A stretch of DNA of 64,000 bases from Candidatus Enterousia sp. (GTDB lineage Bacteria; Pseudomonadota; Alphaproteobacteria; Rs-D84), in contig JAZNXD010000023.1 in assembly GCA_045593685.1 (NCBI GenBank), positions 1,715-65,714 of the forward strand, read 5' to 3'. The notes beneath the pieces were generated by a model. That model searched no databases. It was given only the letters and a program-made list of their open reading frames with translations, and had not been told where the DNA came from. The first letter of the stretch is position 1, and each line of letters starts with the position of its first letter. Positions 17,835 to 28,049 of the stretch are shown in pieces. Position numbers and translations under genes: made by a program.

Positions 17835-18320
17835 ATGAAAAAATTTTTTATAATATTGTTTGTGCTGATTATTTCCGCCTGTGGATTTCATCCTATGTTT
17901 TCTGGCACAGATACGGATATTTATGTTGCCCCAATTTCCGGGATTAACGGGATTGATTTGCGCAATGCGCTGTGGGCGCGCTTTGGTGGTCAACGTGGTC
18001 CCGACGCAACATATACCCTGACCGTAAAATTGGATGAACCTGTGACCCAGTACAAGGCACTGGAACGAACGGGCGATGCCACCTGGCAGGAAATATCCCT
18101 GACTGCAACATATACGTTGGCGCATAATGGTGTAACGATTGCGACGGGTATGGAACGTGCATCGGAATCTTATACCTTTGTGCGTTATTTGGTTGCTTCT
18201 AATGCATCGTATAACAATGCGGTTCAAAACACAATTCGCGTATTGGCGGAAAAAATCAGTGCACGCGCCATCGCGGAAACATACAAAGATTCGCATAATA
18301 ACCCGGGGACACAAAAATAA
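17835..18320 (+). CDS. lptE: LPS-assembly lipoprotein LptE
   Basis: Lipobox FVLIISACGFHPMF, ~160 aa, directly upstream of holA (conserved lptE-holA synteny). The ATG at 17835 is preferred over the TTG at 17829. Confidence 0.7.
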   Translation: MKKFFIILFVLIISACGFHPMFSGTDTDIYVAPISGINGIDLRNALWARFGGQRGPDATYTLTVKLDEPVTQYKALERTGDATWQEISLTATYTLAHNGVTIATGMERASESYTFVRYLVASNASYNNAVQNTIRVLAEKISARAIAETYKDSHNNPGTQK

Positions 18321-19309
18321 TGAAATGGCGTGATTCAGATTTTAAATCGGGTATTGAAAAAATTCGCGCGGTATTAATTTATGGCCCCGACGCCGGTCAG
18401 ATAGATGAATATTGTGATATGGCGATTGAAAAACTGGGGATTGAAAAAGACAATATGTTTGCGCTGGATTCGGACGATTTGCGCGAAAAACAGGACGCCC
18501 TTTTTGCCGAGGCTTGTACCCCCTCCATGTTTGGTGGTCGCAAAATGGTTATTATTTCCAATGCGGGTGATGCCTGTGCAAAACAGGTGGCGGATTTGGT
18601 GTCCCATTCCGGGTTGTGTGCAACGGTAATTGTGACGGGCACTGATTTGCGTGCCGGTGGTGGATTACGTTCATTGTTCGAAGGGGCCACGGACATGGCG
18701 GCCTTGGCGTGTTATACCGATGATGCAAAAACCCTGGCGACATTGATTCGCAATGAATTATCGGCCGCGTCCGGTATTCAACAGATAACCCCCGATGCAA
18801 TGGCGTATATGACAACGCATCTTGGTGGGGATCGTGGGATAACGCGTGGTTTCCTGCGCAAGATTGCGCTATATGTCGACGATAAACGTATTGTGGATTT
18901 GTCGGACGTTGAAAAATGTTTGCCGGATACGGGCGCGGCGGATATTGATGACTTTTTGTATTCGTTAACCGCCGGTCATATTCAACAGACCATGATGGCC
19001 CTGGACAGACTGTTGTACGATAACAAAGAACCGAATATGTTAATACGCATGTTGGACGGGCATTTCAAGAAATTACAAACTGCGATTGTAAACGGTCAAT
19101 TACCCCGCCTGTTTTGGAAGGTAGAAGACAAGTTTAAAATGGCGATGCGCATTTGGTCCGAAGCCGAAGTTACGGCCGTTCTTATGCGACTTAATGAATT
19201 GGAACGTCAATTACGCACCACCGGCATGCCGGGTGAAATTTTGTTGCGTGATTTCGCGCTTAAATTATCTATGCGTGCCGCCAAATTGGCAATAAAACGA
19301 AGGAATTAA
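18320..19309 (+). CDS. holA: DNA polymerase III subunit delta
   Basis: 329 aa. N-terminal ...AVLIYGPDAGQIDEY..., helical C-terminal domain, position after lptE. Confidence 0.75.
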   Translation: MKWRDSDFKSGIEKIRAVLIYGPDAGQIDEYCDMAIEKLGIEKDNMFALDSDDLREKQDALFAEACTPSMFGGRKMVIISNAGDACAKQVADLVSHSGLCATVIVTGTDLRAGGGLRSLFEGATDMAALACYTDDAKTLATLIRNELSAASGIQQITPDAMAYMTTHLGGDRGITRGFLRKIALYVDDKRIVDLSDVEKCLPDTGAADIDDFLYSLTAGHIQQTMMALDRLLYDNKEPNMLIRMLDGHFKKLQTAIVNGQLPRLFWKVEDKFKMAMRIWSEAEVTAVLMRLNELERQLRTTGMPGEILLRDFALKLSMRAAKLAIKRRN

Positions 19310-19311
19310 TA

Positions 19312-20073
19312 ATGTTATCATCTGTTTACGCCCCCAAAGATTTCAAGCGTTTACGTGCCGCAGGCGATGTTGTTGCGCGCTGTTTTGATTATATATCTCC
19401 GTATATCCGTGCGGGCATTTCCACGGGCGAAATTGATCGTATGGTTGCCGAATTTTTAAAAGAAAACGGTGCCCGTTCATCTGATTTGGGGTATATGGGG
19501 TATCCAAAACATATATGCACGTCTGTTAATGATGTTATTGTTCATGGCATCCCCAGTGATGAAGTAATATTAAAGGATGGCGATATTGTAAATGTCGACC
19601 TTACTGCCGAGTACAAGGGATTCCACGGCGATGCGTCACGCATGTTTACAATCGGTCGTGTTTCCCCCCAGGCGCAAAAACTGGTAAATGTATGCCAGGA
19701 TGCATTAAATGCCGCGATTTCGATTTGTGCGCCTGGTGTGCCCTTATCTGAAATTGGAAAAACCATAGAATCTGTGGTAACGCCGCACGGTTTTTCGATA
19801 TCACGTGACTTTGTTGGTCACGGCATTGGCAAGGTTATGCATGACGAACCCCAAATTTATCATTTTTATGATCGTCGCTGGGACCGGGTCAAGATGGTTC
19901 CCGGATTGGTATTTACGATTGAACCTATGATAAACACTGGCTCGCCCGATTGTAAAATAGATGAAGATGGCTGGACCGCCCGCACGGTTGATGGCGGATT
20001 ATCGGCCCAGTGGGAACATACAATCGGCATTACCGAAGATGGTGCGATAATATTTACTGAAAAAATGGTTTGA
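19312..20073 (+). CDS. map: type I methionine aminopeptidase
   Basis: VIVHGIPSDEVILKDGDIVNVDLTAEYKGFHGDASRMF, GHGIGKVMHDEP and EPMINTG...WEHTI are metal-ligand motifs of MetAP-I. Confidence 0.92.
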   Translation: MLSSVYAPKDFKRLRAAGDVVARCFDYISPYIRAGISTGEIDRMVAEFLKENGARSSDLGYMGYPKHICTSVNDVIVHGIPSDEVILKDGDIVNVDLTAEYKGFHGDASRMFTIGRVSPQAQKLVNVCQDALNAAISICAPGVPLSEIGKTIESVVTPHGFSISRDFVGHGIGKVMHDEPQIYHFYDRRWDRVKMVPGLVFTIEPMINTGSPDCKIDEDGWTARTVDGGLSAQWEHTIGITEDGAIIFTEKMV

Positions 20074-20079
20074 TTATTC

Positions 20080-20781
20080 ATGCCAAAAACAGACGAATTA
20101 TTTCATGCCGGCCATCGCGAACGTCTGAAACAGAAATTGTTGGAAGGCAAATTAACGGGACCAGAAAAACTGGAACTGTTATTGACCTATGCGATACCGC
20201 GTCGTGATGTGCGCGTATTGGCACGAACATTGATTGAAAAATTTGGCGGGGTATATTTTGTTTTGTCTGCCCCATACGAAGAATTGATACGTGTCCCCGG
20301 CGTTGGTCACAATACGGCCGTTGCTATTCGGCTGTTTCATGAATTGTCCCTGGTGTCATATCAGGAACGTGCGGTTCGTGCAGATTATATGACGGATGAC
20401 AAATTTATTCGTGATTATTGTCGCAGATTGGTATCCGGCGCCACCGTCGAAGAATTCCATGTGCTATACCTGGATGGGAACCGCCGTCTGATTACCGAAG
20501 AAACACACAGTCGTGGCACCTTTGACCAGACCGACGTTTATCCACGCGAAGTGGCACGTCGTGCATTGTCCCTGAATGCGATATTTGTGATATTGGTTCA
20601 TAATCATCCCGTGTCCGACGATAATTTTTCGGCCGATGATGCCACCGCCACTTCCCGTATCGAAGCGTGCCTGAACACATTTGGAATTGCCCTGATTGAT
20701 CATTATGTTGTAACGTCTGGTGGGATTGTTCACTCTATGCGTGCGACACCATTTCTGAACAAATCGTCATTTTTTAAATAA
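20080..20781 (+). CDS. radC: RadC-family JAB-domain protein
   Basis: GHRERLKQKLLEG N-terminus, HhH region, and JAMM-like motif ILVHNHPVSDDNFSADD. Confidence 0.85.
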   Translation: MPKTDELFHAGHRERLKQKLLEGKLTGPEKLELLLTYAIPRRDVRVLARTLIEKFGGVYFVLSAPYEELIRVPGVGHNTAVAIRLFHELSLVSYQERAVRADYMTDDKFIRDYCRRLVSGATVEEFHVLYLDGNRRLITEETHSRGTFDQTDVYPREVARRALSLNAIFVILVHNHPVSDDNFSADDATATSRIEACLNTFGIALIDHYVVTSGGIVHSMRATPFLNKSSFFK

Positions 20782-21240
20782 TTATTCTGCGTTTAGCGTA
20801 TCCAAATCCGGTCCCGAATCCTGGATGTCTAAAACTTCATAGTACTGGGCCATTTCTTTTAATTTTGGGCCGCGCGCATCCAGTAATTTGTTAACCTCGG
20901 TCATTGGGACTGCTATTGTTCTGCATCCGCGTGCAAACAGGTCCTGGCCATAAATCATATTTATGACGGGTTTTGCCAACGTTAAACCGCCAAAAATCAA
21001 GATTAAATTACGCATGTTGATTAATATGTTGTCGTACTTGGCGCCACGAATCATCGATATTGCCCACCCAAATATCAACACCCCGGTCAGCACCGCTATT
21101 GCAACCCATGCGTATTCAATAAATGTTTCAAAACTGCGTAATATGCACGAAGGATCTTCTACATAAAGAAAACCCGAATCCGCACGAATATTGTGGAATC
21201 CGGAATTTTCAAGCAGTCTAAAAATCGTATCTGTATTCAT
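20782..21240 (-). CDS. hypothetical membrane protein
   Basis: 152-aa ORF with two predicted TM helices. 9 nt downstream of 21250..22296 on the same strand. Confidence 0.45.
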   Translation of the reverse strand: MNTDTIFRLLENSGFHNIRADSGFLYVEDPSCILRSFETFIEYAWVAIAVLTGVLIFGWAISMIRGAKYDNILINMRNLILIFGGLTLAKPVINMIYGQDLFARGCRTIAVPMTEVNKLLDARGPKLKEMAQYYEVLDIQDSGPDLDTLNAE

Positions 21241-21249
21241 TTTGTTATA

Positions 21250-22296
21250 TCAGGCACCTTGTTTTTTTGCATTTGCAAAAAATCCCGGTATTGAAAAGTC
21301 TTCATCGTTCGCGGCAATCCCCGCCCATCCGAACAAATCACCCATCAATCCACCATCATCACGCTTGGCCTTTTTAAAGGGCAGTATATTTTTTAATTTT
21401 CCAATTTTTCCCTGATGCTCTGCCTTGGGGGCGCTGGGGATTTTATCTTCGTTTTCTGCAAATTCCGATGCCAGTTGTGCCAATGTTGCATCCGTGTCGT
21501 TATCGTCCAAGACTTCGATTTGCGCATCTGCCGTGTCTTCAATCTGATTGTTCACAATGTCTTCACGCAACGGTGTCATGCTTTCCAGCAACTGTTCCAG
21601 TGTCTTTTCCATTGGCGCAGCGGGGACCTCTTCATCAATCATGTCGCCAATCGTGACCTGTTCGATTTCTGCATCTTGCGTCCCGGTGTCTTCCATCACA
21701 GGTGCCATCAATGGCGCATCGATATTGACTTCTGCGATTATTTCCTGGGGGATATCCTGTGTTGTTGCATCTTCTGTAACTTCAACTGCGGTCATGGGCG
21801 CTGTTTCCGATACGGGCTCAGCGACCTCTGGCTGGGCTTCCTCGTGCGTTCCCCCCAGTATGGATAAAATAGGTATAACCTTGTCTTCTGTATTTTCCGC
21901 CTCAACCGACACGATTTCTTTGATGTCTTCTGTGGCATCCACGATATCATCGGCGCTTTCTGTTTCTAAAACTTCGGTGATTTCCGCATGTTCATATTCT
22001 GCAACGGTTTCAGAATTTGTCTCGGAAATGACCGGAGTTTCTATTGGCCTCTGTTCTTCCTGTTGGGGCGTGTCCTGGTGCACATCGTCTGATAAAACGG
22101 GGGCAACGGCCGCCGCAGTTACATACGCGCTGTCTTCCATCTTGTTGGCCAGGGCATTATCTGAATCGACCGGAACACCAAATAATATTGTATCCTTGTC
22201 CAATCCCAATGCATCGCGTACTTCGTCAAAAGCCGCGCGAATTTCAGACATTTCAAACACTTCGTTCCCAGAAATATAGATTATTTTTGTTTTCAT
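21250..22296 (-). CDS. highly acidic low-complexity hypothetical protein
   Basis: 348 aa. Structured N-terminus (MKTKIIYISGNEVFEMSEIRAAFDEV), long Glu/Asp/Thr/Val-rich middle, basic/amphipathic C-terminus. Plus-strand ORFs across it are antisense artefacts. Confidence 0.45.
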   Translation of the reverse strand: MKTKIIYISGNEVFEMSEIRAAFDEVRDALGLDKDTILFGVPVDSDNALANKMEDSAYVTAAAVAPVLSDDVHQDTPQQEEQRPIETPVISETNSETVAEYEHAEITEVLETESADDIVDATEDIKEIVSVEAENTEDKVIPILSILGGTHEEAQPEVAEPVSETAPMTAVEVTEDATTQDIPQEIIAEVNIDAPLMAPVMEDTGTQDAEIEQVTIGDMIDEEVPAAPMEKTLEQLLESMTPLREDIVNNQIEDTADAQIEVLDDNDTDATLAQLASEFAENEDKIPSAPKAEHQGKIGKLKNILPFKKAKRDDGGLMGDLFGWAGIAANDEDFSIPGFFANAKKQGA

Positions 22297-22379
22297 ATAA
22301 CGTAACCCCCACAGTACATAGACATACTATATCACATTTTGGGGTTGAACGCATATAAAAAATATCTTAAACTGGAAAC

Positions 22380-22592
22380 ATGGCAGATATAAAACAACAA
22401 ATTTTTCAGGAATTGACCCATTTGGAAGAGGCCGCCGCCCGTCTTCGTGGCACCGCCATCCACGCCGGCAAGCAAACAGATTTAGAGGTCGCCATCCTGA
22501 CCGAACAGGTTCGTTCCCTGCGTGACAAGAATGCCCGCGCATCGGACATGATTGATAAATCCATATCCATATTAAAGAAGTTAAAGAAATGA
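22380..22592 (+). CDS. small coiled-coil protein upstream of zapA (ZapB/DUF4164-like by position)
   Basis: 70-aa helical ORF overlapping the zapA start by 4 nt. The functional call rests on position only. Confidence 0.35.
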   Translation: MADIKQQIFQELTHLEEAAARLRGTAIHAGKQTDLEVAILTEQVRSLRDKNARASDMIDKSISILKKLKK

Positions 22593-22867
22593 GTGTTGTT
22601 TCCATACCTATTGTCAATAAAAATTACCCCATGGGATGCGAAGATGGCCAGGAATCCCGACTAATCGAACTGGGTAAAATGGTGGATGCCCGCGCCCGTG
22701 AAATTTTGGATAAAATCGGCCCATTGCCGGAAAGTGCGCTGTTGGCAACGCTGTGTATTGTGTTGGCGGACGAAGTACGCAACCGCCCCGCGCCCGCCGC
22801 GACCGAGGCTGACCTGCGTGAAATCCTGGCCCGTATTCGCGAGATTAAGCATAAAATCGCACAATAA
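22589..22867 (+). CDS. zapA: cell division protein ZapA
   Basis: 92 aa. VVSIPIVNKNYPMGCEDGQESRLIELGKMVDARAREI... fits the ZapA pattern (V.I.G..Y.L.C..GEE..L..LA..VD). Confidence 0.7.
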   Translation: MSVVSIPIVNKNYPMGCEDGQESRLIELGKMVDARAREILDKIGPLPESALLATLCIVLADEVRNRPAPAATEADLREILARIREIKHKIAQ

Positions 22868-22892
22868 AAACCCGCATTTGCGGGTTTTTATT
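22866..22892. terminator. bidirectional intrinsic terminator
   Basis: AACCCGCATTTGCGGGTT hairpin with flanking A/T runs. Confidence 0.7.
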
Positions 22893-24276
22893 ATGCCATG
22901 CGCTGCGTTTGTTTTTGCAACATCGCCAGTTGTGTTTCACGGCCCGTTTTCCAGCCTTCCAAAACGCATATTGCATCAATCACAGATTCCATCTGTCTGG
23001 GGGTCAGGTCTGAAATCTTGGTATTGATATTCAAACCTGTCATTTTTTGAATCTGTCTTTTATAGGCGTTTGTGTTATTTTCGTGTGGTGGTGCATACAC
23101 AAAAATTGCGCGTGCAATGGTCAGGTTTCTGTATGAATCTGATCGCAACAGTTCGGCCAATGCCGCACGCCCCTTTTCAACGCTTGGGAATACTGCAAAA
23201 CCACCGGCTTTGCCGATTGCGCCGTTTTCGCGTGACAAAGAGGTATAGCGCAAATTGCCCGGGTTTTGATTTCGCCATGCGCGTGTTCCGCCACTGCGTT
23301 TTACCTTTTTGCCGTTATCAAATATGTATATCACATCCTGGCCTGCCTCGGTCGAATGGGTTACCATTGGCTCAGCTTTTTTTGTTGGGGTGGCAACCAA
23401 TTTTTTTTGTCCGAAATGCGCCTGTTCATAACCCAGTGCGGCAATTTTTTTAATGTCCGCGGCAAAAACGTTGGACGTATTATACGTTGCAAACAGGTTG
23501 CCAATGCTTTCACGGTTGTGCCCCGCGTACATATGTTGGCCATTTGCATCTGGAACAAAGGCGCCGTTCTTTACGTGCCCACGCCCCAGGTACATTACCG
23601 CATGAAACATATTGCGACTGTTGCGAAAGCGCGGAACGATAACAATCGACCCCGGTGTAATGCTGTCGGCGCTAAAATTCTTGGTGGCAAATTGCTGAAT
23701 TGCGGTTTGGCGCACGGAATCCGGCGTGTTTACATTAATTTTACGCTTTACCAAATAGTTTGCCAATGCCGCATTATATGCAGAATCTGATTCAAACATC
23801 ACGCCTTCACGGATGCAACCCGGTGTATTTGCATATTTTGTACGCATTTGGTTTTTGAATTCTTTACATGCCATGCGTGCGCAATCTGGGATAATTGTTG
23901 TTGTATCACCAATTTCATCCTGCGCGCGTGTCAGATGGGTGTACTGTCCATACATACAATGCTGACCAACCGGTGCGCCCGGCAATTCACGTCGCACGGC
24001 CGCACGATACCCATGTTTGCCGACAAAAGGTTTAATGTTTTTTTGTGCCGTTAACATATTTTCCATATACGCATCACATAAACTATCGGCCCGTTGTTCT
24101 GTCTTTAACTTTAATTCGCGTTCTTGTGCTTTTTGTGTCGAATCAAGGCGCAGGGCATACTCGTACAGGTTGAAATGACCGTCGTCCTTGTCTCCGTTGT
24201 TCAACGCACCGGACGCACTGGGTAAAACAAAAGTACCGCCAAACAAAATGTACGGCAAAGTCCATTTTAAAGTCAT
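22891..24276 (-). CDS. secreted hypothetical protein (possible Cys/His hydrolase-like middle domain; C-terminal NPGNLRY-motif domain)
   Basis: Signal peptide MTLKWTLPYILFGGTFVLPSASG. Candidate catalytic Cys (GQHCMYGQY) and His (FHAVMYLGRGH). C-terminal WRNQNPGNLRY...GFAVFPS segment. The domain calls are weak. Confidence 0.45.
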   Translation of the reverse strand: MTLKWTLPYILFGGTFVLPSASGALNNGDKDDGHFNLYEYALRLDSTQKAQERELKLKTEQRADSLCDAYMENMLTAQKNIKPFVGKHGYRAAVRRELPGAPVGQHCMYGQYTHLTRAQDEIGDTTTIIPDCARMACKEFKNQMRTKYANTPGCIREGVMFESDSAYNAALANYLVKRKINVNTPDSVRQTAIQQFATKNFSADSITPGSIVIVPRFRNSRNMFHAVMYLGRGHVKNGAFVPDANGQHMYAGHNRESIGNLFATYNTSNVFAADIKKIAALGYEQAHFGQKKLVATPTKKAEPMVTHSTEAGQDVIYIFDNGKKVKRSGGTRAWRNQNPGNLRYTSLSRENGAIGKAGGFAVFPSVEKGRAALAELLRSDSYRNLTIARAIFVYAPPHENNTNAYKRQIQKMTGLNINTKISDLTPRQMESVIDAICVLEGWKTGRETQLAMLQKQTQRMA

Positions 24277-24522
24277 TTTTTACTCCTTTGCAATCAAACA
24301 GATACCACAACGCATAATCTGCGTATGTATCTTCTGCCGTTATTTGTTTTGATTGGTTCACCGCGATAAAGAAAATTCGCGATGTACATTCAGACAAATT
24401 GACGAATCAAGATGCCCCGACTTGCCATATAACTCTTTTGGCAGCCCGCCCCACGACTGGGGAACCAAAGTCTGTTCGTTATATATATAATAAAAATATG
24501 GTTTTTGTCAAGCGTTTTTGAT

Positions 24523-24552
24523 AAGAAAAAATCCCGTGCGGGGATTTTTTCT
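24523..24552 (-). terminator. intrinsic terminator after parC
   Basis: ATCCCCGCACGGGAT hairpin plus T-run on the minus strand. Confidence 0.7.
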
Positions 24553-24553
24553 C

Positions 24554-26785
24554 TTATTTGCTAAATTTTCCACTGCGCGGGAACCCGACCGGAACGGTTC
24601 GGCCCTGGGACGCGCGCTTGCCACGCCATGGGGCCCAATTTTCCAACTTGGTCGTCCCGCGACCGGTTGTCCATCCAAAGCCATCGGCTTCGTCAAAGAA
24701 CATTATATCCAAAACATAGGTACGTTCGGCGTTATATTTTTGTAAAATTACGCCTTTGCCACGCGACATTTGTGGAACTTCGGCCGTTGGGAATATCAAC
24801 AGTTTGTCATTTGAACCCGACATGGCGACCGTATCACCGGTAACCGCAACACACATATGGGCGGGATTTTTTGCATCCACGTTCATAACCTGTTTGCCGT
24901 TCTTGGTCTGGGCAACGCACGCATCGCCGGAAATGATAAAGCCATTTCCATGTCGTGATACCAACATATATTTCGCATTAACATCCAAAACAAAGGCATG
25001 CACAATGTCTTCGTCGGCGCCAATATCGGCCATCATACGCACAGATTCGCCAAACCCACGTGCCGACGGCAATTCGTTCGCGGACAGTGTGAACATTTTG
25101 CCCATTGCGCCAAATAAATTAATTTTTTCGGTTGACTGTGCATGGAAAGCAGTTTGTAATTCGTCGCCTTCTTTGAATTTTAAATCCAACGAATTCAAAT
25201 CCATATGTCCCTTGGCGGCACGTATCCACCCCATTTTTGACAGTATAATGGTCAACGGTTCTTTTTCGATAAATTCATCTGCATTAACGACGATTTCTTC
25301 GGTCTGCTCCGCCCAGGTGGTACGACGCCGTCCCAACTTGGTCTTTTTATCATATGTCTTTTTTATATCCGTAAACCATGCCTTTAACTGTTCGTTTTGT
25401 GCATCGTCACTGGCCAACAGTGCCTGTAACTTCTCTTGTTCTTCACGCAGGGCGGCATCTTCGCGCTTAATCTCCATTTCTTCCAGTTTGCGCAGGGAAC
25501 GCAGACGTGTATTCAAAATCGCTTCGACCTGAATTTCGGTCAGGTTAAATTCCGCAATCAATACCGCCTTGGCATCATCTTCGTTTCTAATGATTTCAAT
25601 AACCCTGTCCAGGTTTAAATACACCACCAACAATCCGCCCAGGATTTCCAACCGGCGCGCAATATTATTCAAACGCCATTGTGTTCGCCGACACAGAACG
25701 CTTTTCTGATGCGCAATAAATTCGCGCAAAACATCGCCAATCGGCATAACGCGTGGTGCACCCTTGGAATCGATAACGTTAAAGTTCATGTTAAAGCGCG
25801 ATTCCAAATCCGTCATCGCAAACAGGTGCGCCATCATTTTATCGGCGGGAATATTGCGTGATTTTGGTGTGATAACGATACGGACATCGGTTGTTGATTC
25901 ATCGACGATATCATCGACCAATGGTAATTTCTTGCCGTCAATCAATGTTGCAATCTGTTCCACCAACTTAGATTTAACAATCCCGTATGGGATTTCGGAA
26001 ATAACAACCTGCCATGCGCCGCGTTCCAATTCTTCGACCGCCCATCGTGCGCGCACACGAAACGCCCCGCGCCCCGTGTCATAGTTTTTAACAATTGTAT
26101 CAAAACTGTCGATTAATACGCCGCCTGTTGGGAAATCCGGACCGGTCATTTTTTTGATAATCTGGGCGGTTGTTGCGCCGGGATTATCCACCACCAGGTT
26201 CAGTGCATCACAAACCTCGGCCACGTTGTGTGTTGGGATATTGGTTGCCATACCCACGGCAATCCCCATACCACCATTTGCCAACAGGTTCGGAAACGCC
26301 CCCGGCATAACGACGGGTTCTATTGTTGTGCCGTCAAAGTTCGGCATCATATCAACACTGTCTTCGTCCAACCCCTCCATAATCAGCATGGCGGCTTCGG
26401 TCATTTTGGATTCGGTATATCGATATGCCGCCTGGGGGTCGCCGTCAATGTTGCCAAAGTTTCCCTGGCCATCGATTAATGGATATCGCACAGAAAAATC
26501 CTGGGCCAGGCGCACCATCGCATCATACACAGAACTGTCCCCGTGTGGGTGATAGTGACCCAACACATCCCCAACCACGGTCGCACATTTACGGAACGCG
26601 GCGTTTGGTGCCAATTTTTGGCGCAACATAGAATACAGTATGCGTCGATGAACCGGCTTTAATCCGTCGCGCACATCGGGCAGGGCGCGTGATACAATCG
26701 TGCTGACCGCATACGACAGGTATCGTTCCGACAGCGCATCTGATAATTGTTGTGAATCAATATTTTCGATAATTTCTTTACTCAT
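24554..26785 (-). CDS. parC: DNA topoisomerase IV subunit A
   Basis: [40 protein letters not shown]..., active-site region AAYRYTE. Called ParC rather than GyrA on its 743-aa length. Confidence 0.85.
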   Translation of the reverse strand: MSKEIIENIDSQQLSDALSERYLSYAVSTIVSRALPDVRDGLKPVHRRILYSMLRQKLAPNAAFRKCATVVGDVLGHYHPHGDSSVYDAMVRLAQDFSVRYPLIDGQGNFGNIDGDPQAAYRYTESKMTEAAMLIMEGLDEDSVDMMPNFDGTTIEPVVMPGAFPNLLANGGMGIAVGMATNIPTHNVAEVCDALNLVVDNPGATTAQIIKKMTGPDFPTGGVLIDSFDTIVKNYDTGRGAFRVRARWAVEELERGAWQVVISEIPYGIVKSKLVEQIATLIDGKKLPLVDDIVDESTTDVRIVITPKSRNIPADKMMAHLFAMTDLESRFNMNFNVIDSKGAPRVMPIGDVLREFIAHQKSVLCRRTQWRLNNIARRLEILGGLLVVYLNLDRVIEIIRNEDDAKAVLIAEFNLTEIQVEAILNTRLRSLRKLEEMEIKREDAALREEQEKLQALLASDDAQNEQLKAWFTDIKKTYDKKTKLGRRRTTWAEQTEEIVVNADEFIEKEPLTIILSKMGWIRAAKGHMDLNSLDLKFKEGDELQTAFHAQSTEKINLFGAMGKMFTLSANELPSARGFGESVRMMADIGADEDIVHAFVLDVNAKYMLVSRHGNGFIISGDACVAQTKNGKQVMNVDAKNPAHMCVAVTGDTVAMSGSNDKLLIFPTAEVPQMSRGKGVILQKYNAERTYVLDIMFFDEADGFGWTTGRGTTKLENWAPWRGKRASQGRTVPVGFPRSGKFSK

Positions 26786-26825
26786 GATGATGAAAATTTA
26801 GAACATTTCAAAAAAAATAACAACA

Positions 26826-26852
26826 CAAAAATTCCCCCAAACGGGGGATTTT
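26826..26852 (-). terminator. intrinsic terminator
   Basis: ATCCCCCGTTTGGGGGAAT hairpin plus T-run on the minus strand. Confidence 0.7.
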
Positions 26853-26854
26853 AT

Positions 26855-28033
26855 TTATTTGTTTTTATTTGTGTTCATGACGCATTCTTTGTATTCGTCC
26901 GGACTGGTTTTTGTCCAGCATTGATCATTAACGGATTGTGTGTCACCATAACTGGCTTTTGTTTTTCCGCGCCCATACATTAAATCTAACTTGGTCAGTC
27001 CGATTGCCTTGGCGCAATAATTGTTTGTTGCATTGTTTTTATTGAATATATATCCGGTGTCGCACTTTACGCACGTCCCATCAATCGGATGCGGTCCACC
27101 ACGATTGTTGGTGGCGCAATCAATACATGTGTGGTCGGTTACGCTGGCAAAGGTTTGTCCGGCGTTTTTGCATTTGTATTTGTAACAGTTGTCGACCATT
27201 TCCAATGCGTGCATATCATCGCGATATCCCGATATGCTCCATCCATTGCACATATTGGTCGATGCCTGCGCCATGGAACATGTCGATGCATTAATGGGCT
27301 CGCAATCTGTATTGCTGATATTTGGTTGATAACCATTTTTACAAACCAATATTCGCGAGCTAGCATTTGCAGGATATACTTGCAGGTCTTTACCCATGGC
27401 GCTAAATTCCATCTGGCGTGCCCATGCCCCATTCCCACTGGGCAGAAATTTATCAATCGCCAATAAAATATCGTGTTCTACATTACCTACATTTTTTTCT
27501 GCGTTCGGGGCATAACATTTTCTACGTTTTGATGTTTGAAAATATGAAAAAGTATATTCGATATTTGACCAGTTTTCATTAGGTTTGATGTTATTGTAAT
27601 TTTCGCGCAGAAATGGTGTTATGTCGCATGTTCCGGCGTAATCTGAAACCTTGGTCAGACATTTGTCGCCCGTATATCCTGCGCGACACAGCCATATACA
27701 TGTATTATTCCCCAACGGTTCCGCAAAGAGCGAAGAATTGTCGTCGTTCCCCATAAACTGGGTTGGGCAAAAATACGCCCCATATTGATTAACCTGCCTG
27801 GCCAACATAAACAAATACGCATAGCCGTCGCTGATTTCTAATTTTGCCTTGTACGCATTACAGTCTGCGGCAATTAATTCTTTGCCGATGCAGCCCTGGG
27901 TGTTTGTTTCGTTGCAAAGAATCCAATTTAACTTACCGCCCCATGCATTTTGTATGTCGGTTGACAATATCGTGTGCGCAAATGCCGATGTTGACAGTAA
28001 TGCATACGAAAACAAGAATACTAATCGTTTCAT
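26855..28033 (-). CDS. secreted cysteine-rich protein with C-x-x-G-Y-type (EGF/furin-repeat-like) motifs
   Basis: Start set at the ATG at 28033 (GGGGGAAATTC upstream) giving signal peptide MKRLVFLFSYALLSTSAFA. Motifs CIWLCRAGYTGDKC, VCKNGYQPNISNTDC, CVKCDTGYIFNKNNATNNYC. More than 30 Cys. Confidence 0.55.
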   Translation of the reverse strand: MKRLVFLFSYALLSTSAFAHTILSTDIQNAWGGKLNWILCNETNTQGCIGKELIAADCNAYKAKLEISDGYAYLFMLARQVNQYGAYFCPTQFMGNDDNSSLFAEPLGNNTCIWLCRAGYTGDKCLTKVSDYAGTCDITPFLRENYNNIKPNENWSNIEYTFSYFQTSKRRKCYAPNAEKNVGNVEHDILLAIDKFLPSGNGAWARQMEFSAMGKDLQVYPANASSRILVCKNGYQPNISNTDCEPINASTCSMAQASTNMCNGWSISGYRDDMHALEMVDNCYKYKCKNAGQTFASVTDHTCIDCATNNRGGPHPIDGTCVKCDTGYIFNKNNATNNYCAKAIGLTKLDLMYGRGKTKASYGDTQSVNDQCWTKTSPDEYKECVMNTNKNK

Positions 28034-28049
28034 GAATTTCCCCCTGTGT

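Noticed and set aside
21415-22358. Several plus-strand ORFs (150 aa, 243 aa, 104 aa) inside 21250..22296
   Set aside because: They are low-complexity Ser/Cys/Val-rich antisense frames of the acidic-protein gene, with no RBS.
22868-22891. 6S RNA (ssrS) downstream of zapA, as in many proteobacteria
   Set aside because: Only a ~25-bp bidirectional terminator separates zapA from the convergent gene, so there is no room for a ~180-nt RNA.
24756-26552. Plus-strand ORFs within parC (for example 24756..25532, 258 aa)
   Set aside because: They are antisense to a strongly supported parC coding frame and have no recognisable motifs.
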